Shown here: positions 1 through 12,867 of the stretch, piece by piece | Layout: every line of letters begins with the position of its first letter | How positions within the stretch are numbered: position 1 is the first letter of the stretch | Made by a program: the position numbers and the translations under genes | Notes under the pieces: generated by a model | What the model was told of the DNA's origin: nothing | Database searches by the model: none | Seen by the model: the letters and a program-made list of their open reading frames with translations, nothing else | Source of the DNA: Nemertoderma westbladi | Taxonomy: Eukaryota > Animalia > Xenacoelomorpha | Assembly: GCA_032718475.1 (NCBI GenBank) | Contig: JAUCBJ010008236.1 | Span: 1-58,623, forward strand | Direction of reading: 5' to 3' | Length of the DNA stretch: 58,623 nt

Positions 1-1495
1 TTATTATCTAGAAGACATTCTAATTTGGCGGGTTAAACTGCCAAAGGTCTGAAAGCGCGAACACTTGTCTGGATCCGACCGAAAAAAAAAATTTCGAAAA
101 AATGTACTGGGGTGGTTATATTGCAGCACCAAAATTACAAGTAGTGCACAACTTTCACCAAATTTGAAAGTTACATTTTCGGCTAATTATTTTTCAATAC
201 AGGTTTTCTGGGGTGCAAAATACATTGGAAAATATTAAAAAATGATATGATTACTACAAATAGCTGTTTAGTCCTCTCTGCGTAGGAAAAAAATGAAAAA
301 AACAAGTAAACAGCACTTTTCAGTTAGAACACAAAATTTTTAATTCACTTATACGATGCTATAAATTCACATTTTAGGTTTTCGAGGGCGCTGATTCTAA
401 TGGAATACATTTCTAATGTGCCAGATCATTGCTACTTGTATTTTTCGGCGTAATTTGGCAAATTTTGGTGCTAGCACCAAATTTCGTACCCATCACCAAA
501 AAGTACAAGTTTGCGATGTCCAGTGCTGTTTTTATTGATTCCATCGGATTCAGGACCCTCATAGACCCGTATAACGCAAGAAACAAGGTGATACTATCTA
601 CTTATCAATTTGCATATTTTCCAAAATTTGGTGCTGGCACAACAATTTTCACCCACCGGCGAAAAATACAAGTTTGAGAACTCTTATGAAATTTTTACTG
701 ATTCCATTGAATTCAGAACCATCACAAACCCGTATAACGCAAGAAACAAGGTGACACAATCAATTGATATATTTGATGGTTTTCAAAATTTGGTGCTAGC
801 ACCACATTTTGCACCCACATCCGAAAAATACAAGTTTGAGATGTCTAGTTCGATAATTATATTTTCCATTGAATTCAGAACAGCCATAAATAAACCTCTA
901 AAACGCAAGAAATAAATTGTCACAAGCAATTTTATCTATTGAATGGATTTTCAAAATTTCGTGCTAGCACCAAAATTTGCACACAGCACCGAAAAATACA
1001 AGTTTGATACGCTTGGTGCAACTCGTATATATTTCATCGAATCCAGAAACCCAAAAAACCCCAATTGCGTAAAAAACAAGTTTCAAACGTTCAATTTACA
1101 AAATTGACTTATTTCAAAATTTGGTGCTGGCACCAAAATTTGGTACCCGCCGAAAAATACAAGTTTGAAATTTCTAAATCAATTGATATGAATTCCATCA
1201 AATTTCTAACACCAAAAAACCGGTGTAAATCAAAAATAGAGATGTTACAATTCATATTTAATGAAATGTAATTTTCAAAAAACGTCTCAAAAAAAGTGCC
1301 AAAAGTAGGGTTAAAAAATGGTGCTATAACTCGAAAAGTACCCAATATTTTTGAAAACGGTTTTCACTACTAGGAAGACAATAGATTTTTAGGAAAAGTC
1401 ATAAAATTTCAGATTCCCAACTGCGTTTGTTTCAGAATTATAATAAAAAAACCATGGGAGGGGTCATATTGACCCCCCCCCCGGGTTTAATAGGG
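1..1495. mobile_element. Right end of a piggyBac-like non-autonomous DNA element (left end not identified)
   Basis: Ends ...GGGGTCATATTGACCCCCCCCCGGGTTTAATAGGG followed by TTAA (1496-1499), matching the piggyBac CCC..GGG/TTAA pattern. No matching left TIR was found in the window. Confidence 0.45.
456..1250. repeat. Diverged tandem repeat, ~165-bp unit, ~4.5-5 copies
   Basis: Motif AAATTT(G/C)GTGCT(A/G)GCAC...GAAAAATACAAGTTTGA recurs at ~462, 626, 788, 955 and 1117. Confidence 0.85.
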
Positions 1496-1837
1496 TTAAA
1501 TATGAAATATATTTCATATATATTAGGCAATTTTCCCTTATAGCCATTCAAATCTGAAATGGCCCATATTGGATAGTGTCGCTTGGAGCCACTCAACTAT
1601 AATGTGGCCCGATATTAGCCAATTTGTATCAAACGCCCTTGAAAAGGCAATGGCCCATGCAAGACCATGTTCCATTTGAGCCAAAAGTTCGAAATGGCCT
1701 TAATTAGTCACTGTTCATAAAGGGCCACTAAAAAATATAATGGTTCTTACAAGACAATGTCCCCTTGGAGCCACCCAAATGACAAATATTATTTAGATTA
1801 TCTAAAAATAAAAAAAATAAAATGTTTGTTACAATAT

Positions 1838-2374
1838 ATTTTGTTACATTATGTCAACTTAACAGCGTTCTGGTGAATTACTCATAACGCTGCAAAGTAC
1901 TACTTTGCAGCGTTGCGGCCTATAGGACGGAAGGTTGCAAAGTAATCAATGACATGGAAACAACTTCAATTACCGTATTCCAGAATGTATTATTTCCATT
2001 TATGTTAATGATTGCAGCTTTATTATCCAATTTGCAGTGACGGGACTAGCTACTGGATGTAAATAATTGTTTAACGTGTGCTGTAATCCATTATGTCGAA
2101 ACGCCCAATATAAACACTTTAGAGAAAATGAGCAAAGAAAATGGCGACAGTGTTCAATAAACCTGAACGGTCACAGACGGTGAATAAGTTTGCTTCAGTC
2201 GACTATAGTCAAGATGGATTAATGATTTATCACATCCAAGCAGGAGACCAGTGTACCTGTTAATAAATTTCACTTATATTCGATATAGTACATGATTAAA
2301 ATGTATAAATGAGCAACCATAAAATCCTTTCTTCACAAACCGAACGCTGATAAGTTGACATAATGTAACAAAAT
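1838..2374. mobile_element. MITE-like element with ~33-bp terminal inverted repeats
   Basis: ATTTTGTTACATTATGTCAACTTAACAGCGTTC at the left and GAACGCTGATAAGTTGACATAATGTAACAAAAT at the right; no coding capacity. Confidence 0.7.
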
Positions 2375-2529
2375 TACATACATCATTGCTTGCAAAGGTC
2401 ACTTTTCAGCGTTAAAGACCCTTGTTTATTGATGTAAACCTCCCTCGCTGCGCTCGCTCGGTACATAAATAAACTCGGGTCATAACGCTGCAAAGTGCTA
2501 CTTTGCACACAATGATGTAAATAGTTATT
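2375..2529. repeat. ~150-bp hairpin (palindromic) dispersed repeat
   Basis: Arms TACATCATTG..TGCAAAG / CTTTGCA..CAATGATGTA around a CTCGCTGCGCTCG centre. A related copy with the same 3' end (ATGTAAATAGTTATT) lies at 54175-54320. Confidence 0.65.
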
Positions 2530-4987
2530 AGATTTAATTAATACGGGATAAATTTCACATTATATTTAATAGGCCTATAGATAATTGTTACATTAGGGTA
2601 AGAGGCAAAACGTCTACATTTATGTCTCCAATATATGAATTACTGGTGGGGGATGGAATTCGTAGGGGTCGTAAGATGTATTTAGGCTAGTCTATAAACT
2701 AATCCCCCACCACCCAGTGAAAAATGAGTATGTGCATCTCATGTGTTTCATGTTCGAGATGTGTAAAACCAACGTCATGAATACAAGTGTATGTTTTATG
2801 ATTGTGTTTTCTAATGTGGGACAAACTGGTAGTAATCGCAGTAGAAACACATTCGTAACTAAGTGGTAACCAATGTTAAGCAACACATAAAAATAATTGG
2901 TTCCGTTAGGGTTACACATCAGTTATGTATGTTTAACACACATGTTTAGCATATGTGTGTTGTATTACGTGATACTAATATGTTGCACATTGGGGAAAAT
3001 ATAAAATGTAAATCATGAGTATTGGCAAATCCTATCCAACTTGGGACACTATTGTCACATCACATTAGAAAATAATAAGTATTTTATGCGATCCACAATG
3101 GTTTATAATATGTTCCCAATGAGTTTCTCAAATTGGTTTTGCTGTATGAGTAACCAATTCGTAACATATACTAACCTGAGTGATTTTGGCGCTCAGCCAA
3201 TGAAATGTCAGACAGTGAACAGTGATGGGTATAGCAGTAGCAGAGTACCGGTACTGGAACTTTACATTTCAGCATTTGTGCTGTCAGGCTGTAGTCAGGA
3301 TGTCAGGTAGTGCTGTAGCAGTACTGTAGTCTGGTAGTACTGGAGTACTGAGTACAGCTACCGGTGCGGTAGTCCTAATGCAGGTCTGGGAAATTAGCCC
3401 AATAGGGAAACTTATTTATTTCCCTATAGGGAAGTTTTTATTTCCGTAGGCCTATAGGGAAATCACAAATTTCCTTATACACTATAGGCCTAGGGAAATT
3501 CAAATTATACAATATCTTGGTTTTTATTTGTTTTTTTTATTTTACACCTTTAATTTCTGAAAACTAAATAGTTCGCCTATCAGCCTATGCAGCTATCTGG
3601 CTATGTAACTAGCAGACTAGGCCTACTGAAATATACTAATTACTTACCATAATACAGTAATACAGTAATACACAGTAATATTCTGATATTAGACACTGTT
3701 CTGTCTGTCTGTACTGCTGTATTGCAGTATTAGACATTATGTGAGATACTGAAACAATCTGTTGAAACGGTTCAAAGGCCTTCGCGCAGCACATGAGATA
3801 CCGGTACTAAAACAATATATTGAAACGATTAAGAGGTCTATATATTTTCCATCATCGCTAACACCCCAATTCATGATATTGACTGATTGAATGGGATAAT
3901 CTTTTTAGGCTCATTAAGCCAAAGAATGCCTGATCATGGATGATATTCTATAGTAAACCTCTTCCATTTTCTTTTCCAAAGTTGCCTTGTGCCTTGCAGC
4001 CTTGGTTCCCATTTATCGACCACTCACAAGGATGAAAGCTAGGGATGGTCTAGCTGTCTAGGCTGAAGCATTTAAAGCACTGTCAGACTGTGCAGCTGTG
4101 CTCAAACAGTGCTGCCCCGGCCCCCGTGCACCATACCGTGCCCAGGCTGGCGTGCCCCTGCCCCATCTAGGGATCGAAACAGGGCTTCCTAATTGGAAGC
4201 CCAGGAATGTCACCAATAGGCCAAGCTGCAGCTTGGTCTAGGGTCTAGCTGCAGCTGTGCTTCTAGCGTAGAACTGCTGAACTGTGCTGTACAGGGTACA
4301 GCTCTAGTCATGCCCATATAGCCTTATGATCGGACCCCTGTACCTTGTTAGTGTTACAGCAGCCATCCTCCATAGCATCTCTACAAACAAAGTCCAATTT
4401 TGGAATGTATGAATACATTTCTGCAAAAGCATGGTAGGAATAATGAATTTGGCACAAAAAACATATATTTATTGAAAAATGATAGAATTTATGATGGAAA
4501 TATTCTTGCAGGACTTTAAAATATTATTTTTTAATTTAGGAAAGTCCAATTTTGGAGTGTATTCCGATTTCGGAATCTACCCTCGCACAAAGTTCCAAAA
4601 TTGGAATAAGTCCAAAATCGCCTATATCACCGACTGCCAGGTAAAGTTTTATGGAGAAAAACGTTATCTGGTGGTATTCTGTATTCCCCTTAGTCAGTTA
4701 GTCTGTTAGTATTTCCTTTCAAAAAAATAATAAACTTTAGTGATTAGGCCTATTCTTATTAGGCCTATATCAGTATATCAAAATATATTCAATAAATTCC
4801 GAAAAAAGTGTCTCATGTCACCCCACTTTACGGTCCAAAGCGGTACCGGTACTATTAATGCCCGTACCCGAACTGCTACTTTGATATCAATAAAACAATT
4901 CCATAGATAGCTGTATAGACTAGTATTCTGTATTCTGCAACATTTGAGAATATCATTATTTAGATATTTCTTTAGGCCTACTCCGTC

Positions 4988-6991
4988 ATGACTTCTAGAT
5001 CGCAGGAATATCGCAAAAGGAAACATCAAATTGCATTTGAATTATCTCATATTACTGGTATAGGACCTCACCATGACCATGACAGTAGAGAATATGGAAA
5101 TAGAAGTGAGATACCAGTATGCGCGATACCTGAAGATAACCATTGGAGCATGAGCATCAGTGCAAACATTAGTTCTTCTACTTCCAGTAGACCTACTGAT
5201 GATGATGACTTGCAAACAAGTACTATTAGTGATAGTAGCAGCAGTCATTCTGAAACTGAAAGCAGTTCCTCTAATTCTAATGTATCGGAATCTGAACTGA
5301 CTGATGACGGTACATTTCCCTCCAAATCTTGCAACCTAAGTGATAATTTTTGTTGTGATCTTTTGCAGTGGGCAGCCCAAAATAGCTCAGTATCAGATAG
5401 AGCTTTATCATCTCTTCTATTATTGCTGCGTAAAAGGGGTTTCCAGCACCTTCCATCTTCTGTCACTACTTTGAGATGTCATCACCTAAACGCCGCGGAG
5501 AGATCGCTACAGAGAATTCCTTGTGCTGGAGGTCAAATGGTTTTCTTTGGAGTTCCAAATGAACACCACCTGTTAAAGTTGGATGTTAGTATTGATGGAT
5601 TACCCTTATCAAGATCATCTAATACAGCACTATGGCCAATTTTGGGAGCTGAACATTGCCAAGATCATAGTAAGCCATTTGTCATATCATTATGGTTAGG
5701 TAAAAGCAAGCCAAACGATTTAGATGAATATTTACAACAGTTTATTTCATATGTGGTTGAATTCAATATAGATATTAAACTCATTTTAGCTGATACGCCA
5801 GCCCGAAGCATGCTTTTAGGAATAAAATCACATTCTGGGTATTACTGTTGCCCTTACTGTTTTATTCCTGGAGAATATTCTCATGATTTTAGGAAAGTTA
5901 TTTTTCCAGGAAGTGGATTTGCTTGTAGGCTGGACAGTCATTACAACCAAATAACTGATGTTAATCACCAACTTAGATTGTCTCCTTTGCGGTTTATTCC
6001 AAGGCTTGGTTTATCGTCTTGTGTTCCACCCGAATATATGCATTCTTTGTGCTTGGGTGTCACTAAACAGCTCATTTTATCATGGGTTTCAAGAAGTTCA
6101 AGTTGTAATCGTTTAGCCCCTTTGCCTTGTGCCATCAGACCAACCAGATGTGTTGAGATCAATGCAATACTAAATGCATTTGGCGTGCGAATGCCCCTTA
6201 TTTTCAATCGGCCGTTGAGAAGTTTTGATTATGTCAAACAATACAAAGCCACTGAATTACGTTCGTTTATATTGTATGCTAGTCCTTTAATGAAAGACTT
6301 TCTACCCACTATGTATTTTAATCACTTAATGAGGCTGCATGTTGCTCTAAGAATTCTTGTCTCAAAGGAACTTGTTGTTCAATCTGAATATAGAGATTTT
6401 GCTGAGCGCCTACTGTTACAATTTCACAGCGAAATTGGTGACCTCTACACTAAAGCCGGCTACACATTTAATGTACATATGTTGATTCATATAACTGAAT
6501 TTGCATCCCGCTATGGCCCTCTAGATTCTTGGAGCTGTTTCAAGTTTGAAAGTTATTTGTCTGAATTAAAACGTGGAATAAATTCTAAGAGAATAGACTT
6601 AATATTACAAGAGACAGTTAACAAACATATGAGGTCGAAGGTAGCTGCACAGTATTCAATACCAAACTTGATAAAATCTAAAGAAATTACTCCTAGAAAA
6701 GGAAACTGTATATATTTGCCTTATAGAAACATGTGGGTACTAATTGCAAAGACGAGGAAGGATACTGAAACTGTGACTGTGATTTCTGGTTTTCAGCTCG
6801 AATTGATCGATGATGCTTACCATACACCATGCAGCAGTCGTGGATATGGAGAGGGTTTCTTTAGAAGAGGCACCACTGTTTCTTCTGTTTCCATCACAAA
6901 AGGAAACTACCGTTGGTGTATATGTATGCCATTTCCTGATAAAGAATTGCCACTTAGTGATATATTATATATATCAGTTCTGTGTAATTAA
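4988..6991 (+). CDS. EnSpm/CACTA-like DDE transposase, 667 aa, intact
   Basis: Motifs DGLP..RSS..LWPILG, DTPAR, GYYCCPYC, EYMHSLCLGV, KATELR, NVHMLIH, GPL..WSCFKFES, typical of animal EnSpm-type transposases. Confidence 0.85.
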   Translation: MTSRSQEYRKRKHQIAFELSHITGIGPHHDHDSREYGNRSEIPVCAIPEDNHWSMSISANISSSTSSRPTDDDDLQTSTISDSSSSHSETESSSSNSNVSESELTDDGTFPSKSCNLSDNFCCDLLQWAAQNSSVSDRALSSLLLLLRKRGFQHLPSSVTTLRCHHLNAAERSLQRIPCAGGQMVFFGVPNEHHLLKLDVSIDGLPLSRSSNTALWPILGAEHCQDHSKPFVISLWLGKSKPNDLDEYLQQFISYVVEFNIDIKLILADTPARSMLLGIKSHSGYYCCPYCFIPGEYSHDFRKVIFPGSGFACRLDSHYNQITDVNHQLRLSPLRFIPRLGLSSCVPPEYMHSLCLGVTKQLILSWVSRSSSCNRLAPLPCAIRPTRCVEINAILNAFGVRMPLIFNRPLRSFDYVKQYKATELRSFILYASPLMKDFLPTMYFNHLMRLHVALRILVSKELVVQSEYRDFAERLLLQFHSEIGDLYTKAGYTFNVHMLIHITEFASRYGPLDSWSCFKFESYLSELKRGINSKRIDLILQETVNKHMRSKVAAQYSIPNLIKSKEITPRKGNCIYLPYRNMWVLIAKTRKDTETVTVISGFQLELIDDAYHTPCSSRGYGEGFFRRGTTVSSVSITKGNYRWCICMPFPDKELPLSDILYISVLCN

Positions 6992-7321
6992 ATAGCATCC
7001 TTGCCTTGATAATATTATTTGATAAATACATAGGTAACGACTTTGTTGCTTAATCAATGTATATACCACTATCTTTCTATATGTCATGATTTTGTTTCTC
7101 AGATAATAAAATTTGTTAAATATATAATGACTTTATACGATTCTTAAATATGGCTCACTCTATGGCTCATGTTTAAAATTTCTTATCATTGTCAGACACA
7201 ATTCTCTGGAATTTATATTCTACCCGTAATCTGCCTATACACTATCTGAAACTCAAAACTATACATACACTGCTATTTTAATTGTTTGTTTGCTTAAGTT
7301 CATTTATATTCAACTGGTACA

Positions 7322-9535
7322 ATGTTTTCAATTAGCGACGCTATTGTATATTATAAGAAAGATAAACAATTCTTTTCTGTGGACTTGGAAAGAGAGGTGT
7401 GTGACTACGATCATATTTGCCCTGCAACGGGAGTCAATGGTGCACCTAGTACCTACAGAGTCAATTATGGCGGTGAAGGCAATATATATACGTGCGATGT
7501 TTTAACTCATGGCGACCTGAACGATGCGAATTATGTTGCTGTTCTTAATAAGGCTAGGGAAATGAAGGCCAATGGCTATAAGTTTAGACAGATATATGAG
7601 GTTACACCGCGTATGATGACGGTAATTGACGATTCGGCACCGCGTACCAAACGACTTCGATTTAGCTCCTATAAGAGCATTGGGCCGGCAATTCCCTCAT
7701 CTGATGACGATGAATGTGTTACCGGTAGTGGTAACTTCAAACGACCGCACCCAGTGTTATCACTTTCAAATGCAGGTTCTCAGCAGCCGCAATCAATGTT
7801 TTCGCGGCCTAATCCAGTTCCTCCATTTACACCATTATCTAATAATAGTACTGCGACCAATCGATTGGAATCTGCTATCGATCCAGAGTGTTTCTTAACT
7901 TCACCATCACCATCTCTTCCCGTATTTAATATTGCCAGGCCCAATCTGCCATCCGTTACTTCTGAAAATGGACTTACTGGAGGGGCAGTCCTTTCTGCGA
8001 ATGCTGGAATTTCGACACCCACTGTGTCATCGCCAGTATTACCAGCGAATGATGATGTTTATATGCGTCAATTAAGGAATTCAATATCAGCTGCTCCCAG
8101 CAGTACTAGTGATACTTCTCCTACATTGAGTGAATATCGTAGGTTGTCTGGGTCTACATCTCTCAATATTAAGACCATGTCTGATCGACAACTAGCTGAG
8201 GCTAATTTCGCTCTAAGTTATAACAACCGAAATGATATTATTAGCCTCGGAATTCAAGTTGGTAGAATGAAGGACAATATTAAGAAACATACTACCTGTG
8301 GGGGAGCGGAGAATACAGGTAGATCATCAGCGCTTCCTGGGCCAGCGAATTCGAAAGAGGAATTAGCGAGTTTACTATCCAATGGCAATATCGAGAAACA
8401 CTTATTATCACTTGGGGGACCTAATCTGCGAGCGACAGTTAGTCGCCAAATGCAGCGTCTCATTACCCGAGAATTTGGGCTGCAATGTTCAATGACAGGA
8501 AAAAGTCATGGCGCTTTAGCTGGTCCTGGTGGGGCCAAATATTCCCTAGTTAAATTGGGTGTATTAAAAGCTCTAATTTCTGTAAATTCAAAATCACCAG
8601 GATTCAACGAATATATAATTGAGCAGGCACTAATGAAAGCACACCGCTGCTATATCGACAAACGACGTTTACCTAAAGGTAAGGACATTAACTTTACTTT
8701 AGTAGTTTTTATAAATTGCTTGTTTCATAGTTTGTGTCAGTTTGTGTCTTATATTTTTCTATATTTTGCGATATTTTTACTCTCGATATTTTTTGATCGC
8801 GATATTTTTCAAGTCTCGATATTTACCACAAATACCCAGTTACCATGGTAACTAGATATTTCTGGAACGTTTTGAAATTTACAAAATGTTCCAGCTTGTG
8901 GGTTCTTGTTCCAGCTATGATGCAAATAAAGTTTCAGAACATTTTATTGTATAGTTTATGCCCGAATTAACGATTCTTGTATCAAAACGTCTGTTTGCAA
9001 CGGTTGTCATGGAAACTGAAAAATAGAACAATGTAATTTGGATGCAGAATAAGTCATGTAGTGGGGGAAGGGATAGGGATTGGTCCCAAGTCGTAATACC
9101 TTGAATTTTTGCATATACTTTTATATTATATACCATACATATTTATTACATATACTTACATATAATACTTATCGTTACAAATGTTATCGTTACAAAATTG
9201 CCACGGAAACCAGATTTTTCCCAGACATCTGACCTACACAACGCGCGTTGATGAGTAATATATGCTTGAAAATTTCCAGGGCACTTTTAAAGGCTAGTGT
9301 TACCCCCCCCCCCCCCCCCCCCCTAAAATATTTGATTAATTAATTAATACATATATACATTTTATATTTAGCTGAGGCTGATATCATTGTGGAGAGCCCG
9401 GGGAATGATATCCGAGATGATGTACCGGTACCTGATACTCTTGCAGAGCAACGAGCTGAAGATTCTCAAACCCATGTTGATGGTTTATCTTCCGACCTGG
9501 ATGTCCTAGATAACTTGCTAGAAGAGGGATTATGA
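7322..9535 (+). CDS. EnSpm accessory ORF2 (DUF4806-like), spliced: exons 7322-8678 and 9372-9535
   Basis: Ser/Pro-rich middle followed by LGGPNLRATVSRQMQRLITREFGLQCSMTGK (DUF4806-like). Donor AAG|GTAAGG at 8678/8679 joins in phase to acceptor TTTAG|CT at 9371/9372, giving an acidic tail AEADIIVE...LLEEGL* instead of the hydrophobic intron read-through. Confidence 0.7.
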
Positions 9536-10448
9536 CTCAGGCGATGAAATTCATGTCCACAATGTTAAATTGTTATATGATGGTTTAATTATTTTGTTGA
9601 ATCTGATGTAGAATGTTATCCATTTTATATGATGTTATATAGTTGTTTGTACTTGTAGTAGAAGGCCGGTTTGATTTGTGTTATTCGAATTTTGTAGTCT
9701 TTTGAACGAATTCATAATGAATAGAGAAAAAATATTGAAAAATATGTTTTTTTCAAAAAGTTTTTTCCGTAATACGTAATTTTATTCTTAAATTGGTACT
9801 TTTTTTGTTTCTAAATATTTGTAGCGATATACTGTGTACAGTACAGTTAGTAGTGGTACAAAATAAATTGAACTGCAGTATTTAACTATTTTGCTTCCAT
9901 AGTTACTGCGATTCTTATTACTGAACTCTTCAACTCCTAATGTTGCCGTACTCATGTTAAATAATTGTTCTCGAGTGTTCTCGAATATTTATATTTATTC
10001 CGTTTAATGCAAACCTTTTCTACGTCGATGCTCTATCAACACCACGTAATAAAGTTTAAGAAATTCCACCAAAATATTCTATTATACTTTTTTCGCCGGG
10101 AAAAAATAAAATCAATGCAATCCTATGGGTTTCTTTTTTTCCTGGGGAAGAAATGTACTCCTTTTCTGCCGATTTAGGCCTATATGTAGGCCTATATTTT
10201 AGCGAAAAGTAACAATTTAAGAATAAAAGCCTATTTTATTGTTTTACAGTTCATTAAATAGTTGTTACTTTCTTATTATTTCTATTTCGGTTCATTTTAA
10301 ACGATTGTTACGAAGTACAATTATTCTTAAACATTAAATTTTGAATATGATAATGTTTTTTAAAATCAATGTAATTTGTTATATTTCTCTCACTGTCTTT
10401 CCTCGACTATAAAATATTTGAGAAAGGTGAACAAAATTCTGCTTTGGA

Positions 10449-12110
10449 ACTACTACTAGGATCGGCATGCTGCATTGCAGCTGCATTTTTAAGAATGCTG
10501 TGCCGGCTTGTCAACAAAATTGCACCGACACAACTCCCTATCACCCATGACATTTGCTAGATCATCCGCATCTTTAAGGCCAGTGTCCTTTAAGATGCGT
10601 CTCAAGAAAGTCATGGGCTGTCCACCATGCTTATTCACTCCATGAGGCTGCCAAAGTACAAGATTATGCACTGGCTGGTCCTCACGGCGAAAGCAATGTC
10701 CTGCAAAGCGGAGGCGATTTTGTTCTAGTGTCAAGCTTGGGGGAACCAATGAGACACCTCCAATGTTATATAGTGTCTGGTTGGAGATGTGTGCATTGTA
10801 CTTGACACAATGAACGCGGCGTAGCATTCTAGTGAATGTGCCATCCAGAGATTTGGTGTCCTCAGCAGTTAGAGCCCAGCATGGACTCCCATAGAGGAGT
10901 ACTGGAACTACTGCTGCTCTAAATAATCGGACCTTAAGTTTCCGATTAATTCTCGGTGACTTCCAAATCCTGGAAAGCCTATTCAAGGCTGCCCATGCCT
11001 TTCCCTTACGTATTCGAAGGTCCTCACCTGACTTCCGGATCCATGATCCCAGGTAACAGAAGTCGTCCACATGCTCAAGCATACCATCCTTTGAGCTTAT
11101 GCTCATCCGATCAGAGACTTGCTGAGGACTTTCAAAGTTAACTGTCAGAATTTTGGTCTTTCTGGAGTTAATAAAAAGACCAACACTAGAAGCAGCATGT
11201 TCTAATGAGCTGAGGAGCCGTTGGGCTCCCTCTAATGATTCTGAGAGTACTCCTAAGTCATCAGCAAAGTCTAGATCAGTTAGGTACTTGGCAGGATTTC
11301 CTCGACTTCTGGAGCCAGTAGGTGGAGTTATCATCACCCCATCATCATTATAATGATCTAAGGACATGCGTAGAACATAGTCAACCATAATATGAGAATG
11401 AGACTAATAATAATAAGAATAATACAATATATACATATATGAGAAGAATAATACAAGAATGGTGCAAGTGTGTCTCCTTGGAGGACGCCCCATAACACTT
11501 CAAATGGTTCTGTGTCACCGTCAACAGTAGACACAAATGTTGTCGAACCATCGTATACTGATCTGATTGCTGCAATAATTTCATCAGGAATCCCATATAA
11601 TGAAAGTATGGTGAACATACGTGAGCGAGAGACTGAATCAAAGGCCTTGAAGAAGTCAACAAAGATAACAGCCAGATGCCTGTCTTTCTTTTTTGATAAT
11701 TCTTCAATTATCCTTCTAAGTGCCAAAATGGGCTCCATGGTCCCACGACCTTTACGGAACCCATTCTGATTTCCACGGAGCAGTCTCTCAATGGGATCCC
11801 TGATGCGATTTAATAGAATCCTATTGTATAGCTTTGCAGCAATCGAGATCAATGAGATTCCCCGAAAAGAACCATAGAGTGTTAGGTTGCCCTTCTTGGG
11901 AACTGGCACCAACTTATTCGTTTTCATTTCTTGTGGGACTCTTGTTGTTCGGTACATGTCTACTATGATGGGATAGATGAGCTTTAAACACTCAGGTATT
12001 TTAAAGACCTCAGGGGGAACACCATCTACTCCACTGGCACGATTGGTCTTAATGCTCTTTGCAGCAGCCTTCACTTCTGCAAAGGAGATATCGCCAATGG
12101 GAATTTGGAA
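10449..12110 (-). mobile_element. 5'-truncated RTE-type non-LTR retrotransposon (family B), RT pseudogene, nested in the EnSpm element
   Basis: RT motifs QNGFRKGR, FVDFFKAFDS, QGDTLAPFL and DLDFADD in ORFs 11358-12074 and 10489-11388. (AGT)n 3' tail at 10449-10458. Candidate TSD TTTGGAA (10443-10449 and 12104-12110 or 12120-12126). Confidence 0.9.
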
Positions 12111-12472
12111 TTAATTTAATTTGGAAACAATATGTAATCCACTAATGGGTTACTTATACGTGTATACACATCAGTTTCAAACATGTCCCAAGTTGTAACA
12201 AGTTTGGATAGCCTTCGCAAACACGCATTTGTTTCGCATCTGTGGAATCTACTGGTTAGCGGGTTTGTTTTCCATGTGCAAGTGTGAAAAGCCTTTGCAA
12301 ACACATATGCGTTTCGCATCTGTCAAAATTATATTGCTTTGGGGATATGTTTGCCATGTGCAAAGACACATTTGGAACATGTAAGCCAACCCTGTGTCAT
12401 TTCATAATGCGCTGCGCATGTGTGAATTCGTCGTATGACAAATGCGTTCCACATACGTATTTTTCACTGGGT

Positions 12473-12652
12473 ACTACGACTAGGATCGGCATGCTGCATT
12501 GCAGCTGCATTTTTAAGTATGCTGTGCCGGCTTGTCGACAAAATTACGCCGCCACAACTCCCTATCACCTATGACATTTGCTAGATCATCCGCATCTTCA
12601 AGGCCATTGTCCTTTAAGATGCGTCTCAAGAAATTCATGGGCTGACCAGCAT
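12473..12652 (-). mobile_element. Older diverged 3' fragment of RTE family B
   Basis: Aligns by eye to 10449-10630 with several substitutions and includes the tail ACTACGACTAGGATCGGC. Confidence 0.85.
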
Positions 12653-12867
12653 GGATTGACATAATTTATGAACACCCCCGGATATCAATAGTAAGTTGTA
12701 TTATCGTTACATAGCTGTAAAGCATACACCACAATTTAATAAAAATTGTTTGATAATGAAAAATTTAAGTACTAGTTATATTTTGGGAAAAAAAATTTCA
12801 ATACGATATATTGGCTGATAACATATTGGTATTAACTGTGACTTGTAGACTCTCCCATTAATTTTGC

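Larger units (their letters stand above)
2713..12471 (+). mobile_element. EnSpm/CACTA-like (CMC superfamily) DNA transposon, two genes, CCC termini
   Basis: Imperfect 22-bp TIR CCCAGTGAAAAATnnGTATGTG at 2713, with its reverse complement ending at 12471. It encloses a transposase and a DUF4806-type ORF2. The 2-bp TSD is not matched (CA vs TA; the right flank abuts a LINE tail). Confidence 0.8.

Noticed and set aside
8679-8851. Hydrophobic, transmembrane-looking C-terminus of the 509-aa ORF
   Set aside because: Better explained as read-through into a T-rich intron after a strong GTAAGG donor.
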